Notes under the pieces: model-generated
What the model was told of the DNA's origin: nothing
What the model saw: only the letters and a program-made list of their open reading frames with translations
Database searches by the model: none
Shown: positions 25,258 to 37,809 of the stretch, piece after piece
Layout of the letters: each line of letters opens with the position of its first letter
Numbering within the stretch: the first letter of the stretch is position 1
NCBI RefSeq assembly: GCF_036971445.1
Contig: NC_091471.1
Span: 264,740,001 to 264,804,000 of the forward strand
From: Narcine bancroftii
Lineage: Eukaryota
Length of the DNA stretch: 64,000 nucleotides
Direction: 5' to 3'
Position numbers and translations under genes: made by a program

Positions 25258-26528
25258 CTGTGAACAAAAAAGCACAAATTACATTAATCTTCATTGTCTG
25301 TATGCAATTACCAATAGTCTTAGGATCCTGTTTTTTTTCTTACCCCAGGTTGACTGCTGCCTTTGAAGATTTCAAACATACGATTACATACATATTTGCT
25401 CTTTTCCCATGGATCAACTTTCACTTGTGTTGTACAATGCACCCAGAAAAACTAGATAAAACAAGAAATCTAACCCTCCTTTTCTAATCATTTTTAAAAA
25501 CTTGGTTCAGTGAGCTAGACTAGTATTGACTGGCAAATTGCAACAATACCAAATATTAAAATCAAAACAGTCCCCCACCAAATAATAATTTTCAAAAATA
25601 AATAAATAAATAAAGCGCAATTGATATTGGAAGGGGCTCAAGCTCACCAATCCCCTCCTGCACCCTCAACAGGTTTGTTAAAGGTGGTCTGTGATAAGCA
25701 AGACAGTGTAGGGGTGAAAAAATTTGAAATCTACTGGATTCGACAAAATAATATTGGGGGACCCACAACAATATACATCACAAATATGTTATACCACTTG
25801 TTCCACCCCAGGTTAATACCAGCTGGGACACTTGGCACCAACTTTAATCCATCTGGTTCTACTGGTAGGTCACTATTCACCTGCTCTCCTCCCCCCCACA
25901 CCCCGCCAAAAACTGTAGACTCTTTTCCCCCACAGCATGGATTAGCTTTTTAAATAAGTAATGGACATTGTGGAGGCAAGCACTCTTATCAAATCTTTCT
26001 TTTAGCTTTAAATTTCTACTAACAACTTAAAACTGCATAATTGAAAGGCCCATCATCCTACCTGAGTCATCACATACTATTGCATATTCTCCTTCATTCA
26101 AAGTGTACATTCCATTTTTCTATCTATCCCAACATTGTCACTAATCTTGAACAAATGCTCCATCTTTGGAAGTTTCAATCCCCCCCACCCCCCACCCCAG
26201 TCCTTTCTCCCAAATTCACTGCCCTTCCTAAAGCAAGTCTACATTCTTCAACTTTCTTCGAGTGGTTTCACTCAGTGTCAAATCCAACTCTCAAATACAT
26301 TGCAAGTCTATTCTGGCCATACTAAGAAAATCTATTTCCCCCCTGGTATGGTCATGAATGACTGGGTTTACAAAGCTCTAGTGACCAATTCCAATTAACT
26401 AGTTATGTTCAAATTGGGTTTGATGGGTTCCAAAGAGAAACAAGGCTGGACACATTATGAACAGTGGTCTTTATTTACATACAGGGAATTCACAAAAGGG
26501 CAAACATTCACACAGACTAACCAAGAAT

Positions 26529-28580
26529 TCTTCTTCTTCTTTGGCTTCGCGGACGAAGATTTATGGAGGGGGTAAAAGTCCACGTCAGCTGCAGGCTCGT
26601 TTGTGGCTGACAAGTCCGATGCGGGACAGGCAGACACGGTTGCAGCGGCTGCAGGGGAAAATTGGTTGGTTGGGGTTGGGTGTTGGGTTTTTCCTCCTTT
26701 GCCTTTTGTCAGTGAGGTGGGCTCTGCGGTCTTCTTCAAAGGAGGTTGCTGCCAGAAGCACGAAAATTTGCAGAACAATTACAAAAATAGACTGAGGGAG
26801 GAAGACGGGTAATGAGAGTTAAAATGATCACGACTGATATGTATGTGGGTAAAGACAAAAATAGACTGAGGGATGAAGACGGGTAATGAGAGTAAAAATG
26901 ATCACGATTGATATGTATGCAGGTAAAGAGGTATAAGAGTGAATAGAGACAATGAGCATACATGAATGTATCTGTACTTAGAGGAAAATATAGATAGTAT
27001 AGACAAGAATTAATAAGGGAAGGTAATGGAATAGAGAGAATAAGGAGGGAATTAAAAGAGGGACCTTTGTGACATATGAAAAGTGAAATCTTTTCTGGGG
27101 GAGGCGGGGTGGGGGGAAATAGCGGTCACTGCACAATCAGTTGACGCTTGCGAGTGGATTCGCAAATCCAAATGGAGAGGGGAGATGTGGTTGTCCGACA
27201 AGGGATAAAGGACAACTCAGGAGGTGAAGGGGAGATTGGGGATAAATAAGATAGAAATAGGAGAATAAGGAAAATGTTAGATGTTGTAGGAATGTTGTCT
27301 TATAAAGAGTTGAAAATAAGAAAACAGAAATGGAAAAGGAGGAAAGGTAATGATGGAAAAACGGAAAGAGAAGATAAACAAAATATAAAAGGGCTACGCT
27401 GAACTATATGTCTTTAAATATTAATGGAATACATAACCAAATTAAAAGGAAGAAACTACCAAATTTAAATGAATAAATGTATTCCATTAGAAAAAAATAA
27501 CATATTGGTTAAGAAATAATATTGAAATATTCGAACAAGTATAGGAGCCTTACATTAAATACAATAGCGAAAACCTACCGGGGACAAACATTACCTAAGT
27601 TGATGGAAGGAGAAGGAAAGAAAAGAATGGACTCAGTAGAATTTCTGGTGTAATTTTGTTGAATGACAACATTGTCTGACTGGATTAATGCAACCTAGAT
27701 TGTATACCTAAAATGGATGAGAGGGGGGGGTGGGGGGGTGGTTTGGGAGGAAAGGGGGGGGGGAGAAAAAGTCACTGTATATGTGTGAAAAGAAATAGTG
27801 TATATCATGGCTAATGTGATTTATGGTGTGAAAAATAAAAAAATTAAAAAAAAAATAAATAAATAAAAAGAAAAAAAAATCAGGAAAAAAAAAAAAAAAA
27901 AGGAGGTTGCTGCCCGCCAAACTGTGAGGCGCCAAGATGCACGGTTTGAGGCGATATCAGCCCACTGGCGGTGGTCAATGTGGCAGGCACCAAGAGATTT
28001 CTTTAGGCAGTCCTTGTACCTTTTCTTTGGTGCACCTCTGTCACGGTGGCCAGTGGAGAGCTCGCCATATAACACGATCTTGGGAAGGCGATGGTCCTCC
28101 ATTCTGGAGACGTGACCCATCCAGCGCAGCTGGATCTTCAGCAGCGTGGACTCGATGCTGTCGACCTCTGCCATCTCGAGTACTTCGACGTTAGGGATGA
28201 AAGCGCTCCAATGGATGTTGAGGATGGAGCGGAGACAACGCTGGTGGAAGCGTTCTAGGAGCCATAGGTGATGCCGGTAGAGGACCCATGATTCGGAGCC
28301 GAACAGAAGTGTGGGTTATGACAACGGCTCTGTATACGCTTATCTTTGTGAGGTTTTTCAGTTGGTTGTTTTTCCAGACTCTTTTGTGTAGACTTCCAAA
28401 GGCACTATTTGCCTTGGCGAGTCTGTTGTCTATCTCATTGTCGATCCTCGCATCTGATGAAATGGTGCAGCCGAGATAGGTAAACTGGTTGACCGTTTTG
28501 AGTTTTGTGTGCCCGATGGAGATGTGGGGGGGCTGGTAGTCATGGTGGGGAGCTGGCTGATGGAGGACCTCAGTTTTCTT
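26529..28580 (-). mobile_element. RTE-clade LINE, 5'-truncated, split by an L1-derived insertion
   Basis: Same family as 8225-9200 (KKTEVLHQPAP..., MAEVDSIESTLLKIQLRWMGHV). (GAA)n tail at the left; TSD caagaat at 26522-26528 and 28581-28587. Confidence 0.92.
26754..27898 (+). mobile_element. Internally deleted L1 derivative with its own poly(A) and TSD
   Basis: Contains the ORF1 end (EARKFAEQLQK*), the inter-ORF spacer and the first ~26 codons of ORF2, fused at ~27466 to the last ~44 codons of ORF2, then 3'UTR and A-rich tail. 16-bp TSD aaaggaggttgctgcc at 26738-26753 and 27899-27914. Confidence 0.92.
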
Positions 28581-28925
28581 CAAGAATAATACACAAATAA
28601 CTGTACATCAGGTGCAAATACATTGTTACTAAAAATTCTCAACTGCCAATCAGGAACTCATAGGTTAAACACACAATACCCACTCCCCTCTAATCACAGT
28701 ACACTAATAAATAGCAAATTACTTACAACTAACAAGTACATCAAATGAACCTGGTCTCCAGCCTGCCAGATCTAACCATAGGCACCTGGAGGACAAATCA
28801 CACGAACAGCTGCAAGGGCCAATCACGCATTAGCCTCACAGATCGACAAATCTAACCCTTGACTGAGGTGTCTTCTAACTTGGTTCTAGACGGGAGGTCA
28901 CAAGACCAACACAATCCACACTATA

Positions 28926-29213
28926 CAAGTAGTCCTCAATTTATGATGGGATTGTGTTCAGGAACTCAAAAGTTTTAAAAAAAAAACTTACCTTTTTTTA
29001 ATAAAAATGAAATGTTGAATACCAAGACTGCAAGTGTGGCTGAGTAAGTGCGTACGTTACTTTTATGCAGTGCTGTCATTGCCCAGAATTGTGCGAGAGT
29101 AGCATCCTGCATATCACAAGTATACATCAGAACCCGAAAATGAAAGTACTGATTCTAACCATTGCATCTTCGAAAATTCGAAAGTCAGACCATCTTAAAG
29201 TGGGGACTATCTG
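28926..29213. mobile_element. Tigger/pogo-like MITE
   Basis: TA-flanked; TIRs caagtagtcctcaattta / taaagtggggactatctg. Relatives at ~33754-33892 and 35446-35619. Confidence 0.7.
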
Positions 29214-29399
29214 TACTAGTTCACTTCATGCTTTTTCTCGGATGTTGCTGATAATTTTGTTAACTACTTTTAGCTGATTTTTTTTGGGGAATATCTACCC
29301 AGATTGGTACATCCCACCAGCCCCCACACCCAACACACATCTTACCACCTGCAACAGAACCTCTCCTAGGATAAGGATCTCTCCCCTCCTTGACCACTC

Positions 29400-30095
29400 A
29401 TACCTTCCTACAAAATCATCTCTTAGCACCTACTTCTGTGATCACAAGCGCTGCACTTGCACTTCGACCTCCTCCCTTACCACTTCACTGTGAATCTGTA
29501 TTTAGTACATGCAGTGCTCCCAGTGCAGCCTCCTCTACATCATGGAGACTGGATGAAAACTAGGAAATTGTTTTGCTAAGCACCTTCACTATCCACTGCA
29601 AAAGCAAGGATCATTCAGTAGCAAACCATTTTAATTCCACACATCATTGCCACTCTGACAAATCTGCCCATGGCTTCAAACAGCCAAATCGAGGCAAAGT
29701 GCAAAAATGGAAGAACACACCATATACTTGGCAATTTCCCACGTCCAATTTCTGTTACTCCTCCTTATCCAGTCTCTTTCCCCACTCCTTTTCTTTGGCT
29801 TCCCACCCTCTTCCTTCCCAACACTTACCAGAGACTTATAACCTTTAAGCCCTCTCCCAAGTCACCTCTCAACTTTTTTTCTAACCTCCCACCTGTATCC
29901 ACCCATTACTCTTTCATACCTGTTAACTCATGCTCCTCCCTCCCCACCTTTTGATTCAGTCATTTTTTTTTATTCCTGATGAAAAAGTTAGTTACTGTAC
30001 CTTTTACTTTCTTTGAATACCATGTGCCCAGAGTTTCTCCAGCACAGTTGAATATTGAACTCAACTCCAGCACATCTGCAAATTTTCTTGTTTAA
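29400..30095 (+). mobile_element. Penelope-like element fragment
   Basis: GIY-YIG remnant (tacatgcagtgctcccagtgcagcctcctctacatcatggagactgg) and a 3' region with cctgatgaa and tttctccagcac. Confidence 0.65.
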
Positions 30096-30299
30096 CACTA
30101 TTTATACTAATCCTATTTACCAACACTTACTCCATAGCCTCCAATGCCATGGCAATTCAAGTGCTTCTCTGAATAAAAAAAATACTGATTCTTTGCTTCC
30201 ACTAGCTCCTCAGGTTATATATTCCAGATTCTAACCATCTTCAAAGTGAAAATATTTTATTTTCCTCAGATCATATCTACTCAATGTTCAGCCCATGCT

Positions 30300-30800
30300 C
30301 CTGAATATTGTGCATCTCCATCTTCTCTGTTCCTGTAGTGTCCACAAGAGGAATATAACCAACATTTCCAGCCTGAGCCCTTAGTCAAGGTATGAGCAAA
30401 AACCAGTCAGGCTTCTGAATAAAATGTCTGGGTGGGGGGGGGGGGGGGTGGGGAAAGAGAGGAGCATAGGTCAACAGGTAATAATTGGTCATGGATAGAA
30501 GGGCAGGAAAGAGTTCTCTTCTGAGGGAAAGGGAAGGAAAGAAATGGGGATAACAAAACCCTAGAAGTCTATATTAACACCATCTTGTTGAAGGGTGCTC
30601 AGGTGGAATACAAGATGATGTTCCTCCAATTTGCTGGTGGTCACCATTTGGCAATGCACGAGACCATGAGCGGACATGTCAGTATGGGAATGGGGCAGGG
30701 AAATTCCTTGACAAAGGGATTAGGCCATAAACAATGGTTATACATCTTTATGTCCTATGGATGGGTGGGACCTGCTGAGTTCCAGCAGAATTTGAATTTT
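30300..30800 (-). mobile_element. Penelope-like element fragment
   Basis: Homologous to 4200-4620 (cagcctgagccct, tattaacaccatc, gttcctccaatttg). Confidence 0.55.
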
Positions 30801-31195
30801 TAAACTAGCACTTCTATTCTCTCCTGGTAAATTAAGAGTCTATCACAGGTAACATCCAAGTGATTCTTCACAGTATCCTCTCCAGTGCAATAAAATTATA
30901 TGATAATCTCCATTTTGAATCCAGCATCAGAATGCAGTCTGCTTTTTAAGAAGGCTAAATTACTGACAAAAATTAATTCTTACATTCTCCAGCACCAATC
31001 CCCATTCTGTCTAGCCAATCTTCACGTTGCTATCTGCAACATTGAACCAAGCAATCCAATTCCAACTCTTGAATCAACAGACTGCCTATTAAAACATTTT
31101 CCTCACTGAAGCCCTGAACTAAACAAATCACATCCAAATTCAATGTCAATTATTAACTTTATTTGTGTACTATTTAAGGACACATTAAAAATTAT

Positions 31196-31420
31196 GGCTT
31201 AGCGGTTGGTGCAAGGCCTTTACAGCGCCAACTATTGGGACTGGGGTTTGAATCCTGCACAGTCTATAAGGAGTTTGTACATTCTCCCATGTCTGCATGG
31301 GTTTTCCAGGGGTGGGGGGAGGGGAGGAGTTTCCTCCCACCATTTGAAAAGTACTGGGGTTGTAGGCTAATTTGGTGTAAATTGGGTGGCAGGGATTCTT
31401 GTGCTGAAATGACCGGATGT
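31196..31420 (+). mobile_element. tRNA-derived V-SINE-like SINE
   Basis: A/B-box-like tagcggttgg...ggtttgaatcc, then gtctataaggagtttgtacattctcccatgtctgcatgggttttcc and ttcctcccac. Confidence 0.7.
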
Positions 31421-31759
31421 CTCAATTTTTAAAAAGATGTTAGAACAGTAAACATTTCATCAGACTCTCAATCTGAAATGTCAACTATCCCTTTCCTCAG
31501 CTGCTGAACATTTCCAAGATTCTGCTCTTGTATCAGTACCTGCATTGTGTAATTTTAAAAAATTAAAAACATTATTCTATTTTTGAGATATTTTTGCCCA
31601 TCACCATACCTCAAACCCTGGTCCAAATGACAAACTTTTATGTTAATTGCTCTGCCTTTACATCTTCTTAGTTCCAGCATACTATTTTACACTCCCCCCC
31701 CCCCCCCCCCACACACAAAATAAACTTTTCTCTAGTTCATGGAAATTGTCACAATATTA

Positions 31760-32445
31760 CCTAACAAAAATACTGATGGATCCAATGGAAATTAAACCTT
31801 AAAAATACCTTCTAAAAGTTCTTTTAAGTCACATCCAATGAGGTTTTACCATAATCACATAGCCAAGTAGAATGTAAAACAATGACATCTAAAACAATTT
31901 AATTTCTTCAGATTTACATGTTTGAAATTGAGATTAACTAAGTTTCATGTTGCATTTTTGAGACTAGCATTGGCTGTAGCCAGAAAATGTTTAGCAATTA
32001 TTTGGAAAAATGAGAGATTGGAGTTTACATAGCTGGCATAATGGAATTGAGATCCTGTACCCTATTGAAAAATAATGTATAATTTATGTGATAATTATCT
32101 ATCTATCTATTTATTTATTTATTAAAATCAGGAAAATTTGGAACCCTTAGAATATATGGATTTAAAATTTTGAATTCTCCGGCCATTGTGTTACTCTAAT
32201 CCATGGTAACTATGTTAGTGTGGTTTATACCTCCTTCCTTTCTTTTTCTTTGTTCTTCAGGGTTTAGGTTAGTTGGTTAGGAGAGGTTTAGGAAACAGTA
32301 TGGGGGGGGAGGGATAGGGTGGGTGGGAGGAGGGTAGGTAGGAGGGGGGTAGTGTGTCTACACACAGTGTTTTTTATTGATATGTATCATTTGATTTTCT
32401 GATTATGTATCATTATTTTAATACTTTAAATAAAATATTTCTAAA
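31760..32445 (+). mobile_element. Degraded L1 3' end
   Basis: ORF2 C-terminal remnant (RLALAVARKCLAIIWK...WH), G-rich 3'UTR, AATAAA near 32428. Confidence 0.6.
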
Positions 32446-32649
32446 AATTGTCACAATGTAGACATTTTCAAAATCTTTACCAAACCTCTCAGCATCTTCC
32501 CACATCAATTCGGACTCTGCTTCCTTCCCCATACTCTCTCCATTGCACCCAAATTTCACAACCAAAACACAGAGGTATAACAGTGAAACGCAACACTGCT
32601 AAAAATTTACATCTTCCAAGGTTTTGCATCAAGGCTGTAACTGCTGCTA

Positions 32650-33630
32650 CACATTTCAATTTGGAGCAAGCAAGAGTAGATGTAGAAAAGTTGTCTTCCA
32701 TGGTGGGAGAGTCGAGGTCAAAAGGGCATAACTTTAGGATTGAAAGGCATCCACTTAAAACAAACACAAAGGAAGTTCTTTAGCCAGAGGAATTGGTTGC
32801 CACGGGTGATTGCGGAGGCAGTCAATGGATGTATTTAAGGCAGAAATTGATATATTCTTGATTAACCAGGGCATCAAAGATTCTGGGGAGAAGGCTGGGC
32901 AGAGGGGAAATTGATCAGCTCTTGATTAAATGGCAATGAACTAAATAGTCTATTTCTGCTCCTATGTCAGGCCTAGAAGAGCCTGAAAACTTAATTGTTT
33001 TCTCTGGAGTAGCTGAGGCAAGATTTGATTGAAATTAATAAAATTATGAGGGGTACAGATAAGATATATAATCATACATGGTAAAAAATGTCAAATGCCA
33101 ATGAACATACATTTAAGAGAGGAAGGGAAATAAATCTGAATTTGAAGTCTCATGACAGGAAGGGTGTGAAAGTTAAGGAGTGGGTGCAGAGTAGAGTTTC
33201 CAGGATGTTGCCTGGATTGGGAAGAAAATCTTGAGGCAAGGTTAGCAGAGCTAGAGCTTTTCTCTTGGGAGCGAAAAGGATGAGACACGATTTAATGGAG
33301 TTCTACAACATTCTGCAAAGCATAAGAAGGTAGACTGCCGGCAGCTTTTCCCCCCCAGAACACAAGTAGCAAACACCAGAGGACATCTGTATAAAGTGAC
33401 GGGAGAATTGTTTTGGGGAGATGTCAGGGGCAATTTTTTTTTGTAGAGATTTGTGGGTGCCTGGAATGCATTGCCAGGGGGGTGGTGGCAGCTGGAACAA
33501 TAGTGGTATTTAAGAGACAGACAACCACTTGGATGAAATAAAGATAGTGGGTAATGTGGCCAGGAGGGCTTTTTTTGGTTGGGTATATACATGGGCTGAA
33601 GGCCCTATACAATGCTGTAATGTTCTATGC
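32650..33630 (+). mobile_element. CR1-type LINE 3' fragments
   Basis: Several CR1 3' ends (gggcataactttaggattgaaagg; tttccaggatgttgcctggattgg...aatgcattgccagggg...aatgctgtaatgttctatg). Confidence 0.65.
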
Positions 33631-35445
33631 ATAAGCCACAAAAAAAGTACCAGGAATGGACTGCTAGGGTAGTGATGGAAACAGACAAATAATAGAATTT
33701 AAGAGAATTCTAGATACATGAACATGCAGTGAATGGAGCGATATAGATAATGTATAGATAGTTCAACTTACAAATTTTCAAAGTTACAATTGTTCAAATC
33801 TGTACCATACTTCGAATTTCAGTGTCTCCCAACAGCACTGTATCAGTCCCCACACTGATCCACGACCCTTTCATTAAGTTGAGGACTATCTGTACACTCA
33901 AAAGTGATTTAATCTAAATTTGGCATCAATTTCAGCACAAACTGTGGGCCAAAGGGGCTATTCCAGTGCTGTTCTATATGTATACACACATATTCAGACA
34001 TGCGTGAAGTCAAAGGAAAGAGCTGAAGCGTACAGCAGGGATCAAGGGGGTACATCCCCCAGTTGGAAAATTTCTGAAAATGTACACATAAAATTACCAT
34101 TTTCAAGCAACTCTAAACAAAATCAATTTTGTTTAGGTAGACACTACCATCTGCACCCAGATCCAAGCCCCTTTCAGATCACCAGGCAGTACCTGCTTGA
34201 CCTATGCTCAAACCAGTGTCTGATTCTTCTGACACCAAGCAGTACTTGCCAACCCGTGCACCTTGCCCAACTTCTCCAAATCCCCAGGCAGTAACTTCAC
34301 CTGCCCCCAATCCCCAAACTGAGCCTATGTTCAACCCAAACCCAATCTTCAGGCAGGACCCCTTTCCCAATCTGCACCTAATCCCCAGGCAGTAACTACC
34401 ACCCCTGCATCAGAACTCTAAATAGAGCCATCCTGTCCTATGCCCAGCACGTAGAGGCTATGGATTCTGTAACTCTCACCTTCTCTTCTCTCCCCAAACT
34501 TCTGGAAGGCAAGAGGCTCCTTCCACAGGACAGTCATCACCTCCCTCACCCACAGACCCTCGCAGGCCAACTCCCCAGCGCCATAAAGTGGGCTCAGGAT
34601 TTCCTCCTCACAAACCTTGCAGCTTGAATTTCAGTTAAGACAGTCTTGAAATTCCAGAGTTACCCGAACCTACTCCTACCACCTCAGAGGCCATGTGTCG
34701 ACTCACTGCACTTACCTGCCCTGGCCCCACAGGCGCACATGCCAGCTCACCTCTCACCATGCTATTCATGCACCATCGATCTAAACAAAGATAAGGGAGC
34801 AGAAAGTGTGCAATTGGACAGCCAATCACAGCTGTACAGGCAATAGTGCTGGCGAGCAAAGAGGTGAAAAACATGGAACTCATTTTAAAAATGCGGGCTA
34901 TCAATTAAAAAAAAACGCAGAAATCTGGAAACTTCACATGCACGTATATTCCAAGCTCAGTTGACGAGCCTTACAGTTGAAGATATACAAATGAAATTCA
35001 ACTTGCTACATTTCCTTAAGTAAATTCAGACCAAATTATTCACACTATCTCTTTACATTTCACACGAGCTTATTTCTTTTGGAGCCAGAATAGCAGATAC
35101 TGCATGTCTAGAGCGAAAAAGAAACAGCTGGAGTAAGTAGTATCTGTAGAGGGAAAGGGATTGATGAACTTTCAGGTTGAGACCCTACATCAGAACTAGG
35201 TCTTGGCTGAAACATTTGCCTGCACAGATGCTGATCAACCCACTGAACTCTTCCAGCTATTTGTTTTTACTCTAAGCTACAACAACTACATTCTTGCTTT
35301 TTTTTGGGCAGTTTAGTTGTAAAATTAAGTCTCTTCAAGGTATGCACACTCCCCTTGCTTTTTTCCCCTCTTCAATGGCTACTCTTCTAATCCTTCATTG
35401 TTCCCCACTGCTTCTACTGATCTTCAGTCAGTCACTTCCTCAGTA

Positions 35446-35619
35446 CAGGTAGTCCTCAAGTTATGTTCCAATCCTCCTATCGGATGTCCAAAATCAAAAT
35501 AGGGCAGTGGGAATGGTGTGGGGACCGACATGGGGCTGTGGAGAGACATTGAAAATTCAAGGTACAGAACAGATTCAAACCATTGTAACTTCGAAAAATC
35601 ACAAATCAGGGACTAACTG
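35446..35619. mobile_element. Tigger/pogo-like MITE
   Basis: TA-flanked; caggtagtcctcaagtta ... cagggactaactg. Confidence 0.65.
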
Positions 35620-35811
35620 TACTTGTCTTTGCAAATTTCCTCAGAATTTTGCCAGTTTATTTCAGTTGGCTTATTTAACTACCAATAACTACTATTGAAA
35701 GCAAATACAATAACGAGAATCTCTTCTACAAAGAGATCTTCCAAATAAGATTTAGTTCAGTAACAAGTCATTAAAACACCAGCATCAAGGCAGCTTCTTG
35801 CTGCAGCATAC

Positions 35812-36032
35812 CTCTCTTCTTCACCTTCCAAGAGTTTGCGATAGGCTTGAATTTCCATGTCAAGGGCCAGCTTGACATCCAGGAGATCCTCATATTCTTG
35901 CAACTGCAGCTCCATGCGATCCCTCAGCTCAGCCATTTCCTGGTCTTTTGCCTCCAGCATTTTACGGTATTTATCACGGTCACTTGTATGCAGCTCTTCC
36001 AACTCCCTAACTCGGGCCTCAGAAGCAGCAGA
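35812..36032 (-). CDS. LMNB2: Lamin B2 exon 7 equivalent (coil 2 end, IF consensus)
   Basis: [73 protein letters not shown](R); TAG acceptor, GTATG donor; 221 nt. Confidence 0.97.
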
Positions 36033-36405
36033 CTACAGTGGAAGTTAATTAAGATGACAAAATAGTCATGACTAATGCTATTATCATAGTACCTCTAAGA
36101 GCTCTTTAATATCAAATGGTTATGGATCTATTAGTTTCTCAGTAACAATGAGTTTTCCTGGGAATGCACTACATGAGAACTTCAATAGAGAAGAATACAA
36201 GGGCCAACACAAAGCTAAGGTGCATAAGACTCCAATTTAGACTTCATAACAATGCGCAAAATAGGATTAAAAAGCCAATTACTCAGAGGAGCCTACTTAA
36301 ATAATGACAATAAATCCAGCCTTTTTGGGGGAGGACAAATCAAGTGCAAACACAACATTCTTTTTTTAATTCACCATTACCATTTACCCATACCAAAAAA
36401 GTATA

Positions 36406-36989
36406 CAGGTCCTTATCCCTTTATTCTTGATTCTGAAAGTCAAAAACTGAACATTTTTGCTGCATGAATAGTATATTTTCAGGTGTTCTAGAGAGGGAGG
36501 AGAGAACGCAACTCAGGCGGCGAGCAGACAGCACTCACTTCAGCAGCACATATACTAAAATTGAAACGATACAGATTAGCATGACGAGCAGGCAGCAGTG
36601 TGACTCAGGTGGGCAAACAGGGCCAGTGGGAGGAGCAGGTGATGGGAAGCCCCCTGGCAGCCAACCCAGTGCAGAGGGACCAGATGATGGGAAGTAGCCC
36701 AATGGCAGCCAAGCCAGGTGGATGCAAGGGCACAGTGGAGCCCAGTGGGGTGAGCCTCTGTTTTAATGCATCCCTCATGCAGCTAGAACCACTCTGCATT
36801 TCCAAGTGAGGAAATTATGGGTAACGAAGACAGCCATTGCTTCTTGAGCCAACTTCAAGGCGGCAGCATTCTAAAAGGGCATATGTTCTGCGCGAATCTG
36901 TACCACTGCCGCTTTAATTCTATAATCCAGAATAACCCAAATACCAAGTATCCTGTCCCAAGGATCACAGATAAAAGGACAACCACCCG
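36406..36989. mobile_element. Tc1/mariner-type MITE filling most of LMNB2 intron 6
   Basis: TA at both ends; imperfect TIRs caggtccttatccctttattcttgattc / ggatcacagataaaaggacaaccacccg, similar to the 20553 MITE. Confidence 0.55.
36531..36584 (+). pseudogene. RNU6: 3'-truncated U6 snRNA retrocopy
   Basis: ctcacttcagcagcacatatactaaaattgaaacgataca-----gattagcatg matches the U6 5' half with a 5-nt deletion in the ACAGAGA box. Flanked by cgagcagacagca (36521-36533) and cgagcaggcagca (36585-36597). Confidence 0.88.
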
Positions 36990-37006
36990 TACATGGATAA
37001 AATTAC

Positions 37007-37132
37007 CTGTTTCTGCAGGGTTCCAAGTTGATAACTGAGACTTTCAATCCTATGATATGCCTCCTGGAGTTCTTCCCGTGCTGTTCCAATAGCTTTGTCA
37101 TTTCGATCAGATGCTATCTTAGCATTTTCCAA
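37007..37132 (-). CDS. LMNB2: Lamin B2 exon 6 equivalent
   Basis: LENAKIASDRNDKAIGTAREELQEAYHRIESLSYQLGTLQKQ; TAG acceptor, GTAAT donor; 126 nt. Confidence 0.96.
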
Positions 37133-37290
37133 CTATAAAAGTTAAAAGCATGCATTAAAATCAAACAACTTAGCTGGAATTCAAGAGGAAATAGGTGAAG
37201 ATCCTAGATTAATATTTTGTGAATGTGTTTATTGTGCAACAGGACAAGCATGAATGGAATCCAAGTTAGGTAACTAAAGATAGCCTAGGG

Positions 37291-37505
37291 CAGGGGTGGC
37301 CAAACTTGCTCAGTGCTAGAACCACACAGGATAAACTTCAGATATTTGAAAGCCACATCACATGAATGCAAGCAACGCCAATTAAAACTACCATTGTTAA
37401 CACAAACTTGTTCAACTCCTGTCTCACCCAACATATTTCTGCAAGCAACACATTATATCTTATAGAGTCACACATGGCTCGCTAGCTGTGGTTTGGCTAC
37501 CCCTG
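37291..37505. mobile_element. hAT (Charlie-like) MITE
   Basis: TIRs caggggtggccaaac / gtttggctacccctg; 8-bp TSD gcctaggg / acctaggg. Confidence 0.85.
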
Positions 37506-37809
37506 ACCTAGGGCATGTTATGCATCAGTAGCAAAAGTATTAACAGTCTTGGATTGTGTCAGGGCTGACAAATCTCCAGTTCAGGTCCTTAAAATCCATA
37601 AAAATATCAACACTGCCTTGCCCTCGTCTCTCTTATCATCTCTTCAAATATTCTATCAAATTCACAAGAGAATTTCCCATGCTCAAATCCATGCCAGCTA
37701 TCCTTCATTTTCCTTTGATCATCCAAATTCTCTCTCAGAATCCTCTCCAGCAGGTGTAGAGCCAGAAGGAAATTGTTGGCGATTGAATTGTTGGTGCTTG
37801 TCAGACATT

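Noticed and set aside
29970-30000. Hammerhead ribozyme at Penelope-like 3' ends (cctgatgaa)
   Set aside because: Only the first core box is left; stem II and GAAA are not intact here or in the other copies I inspected.
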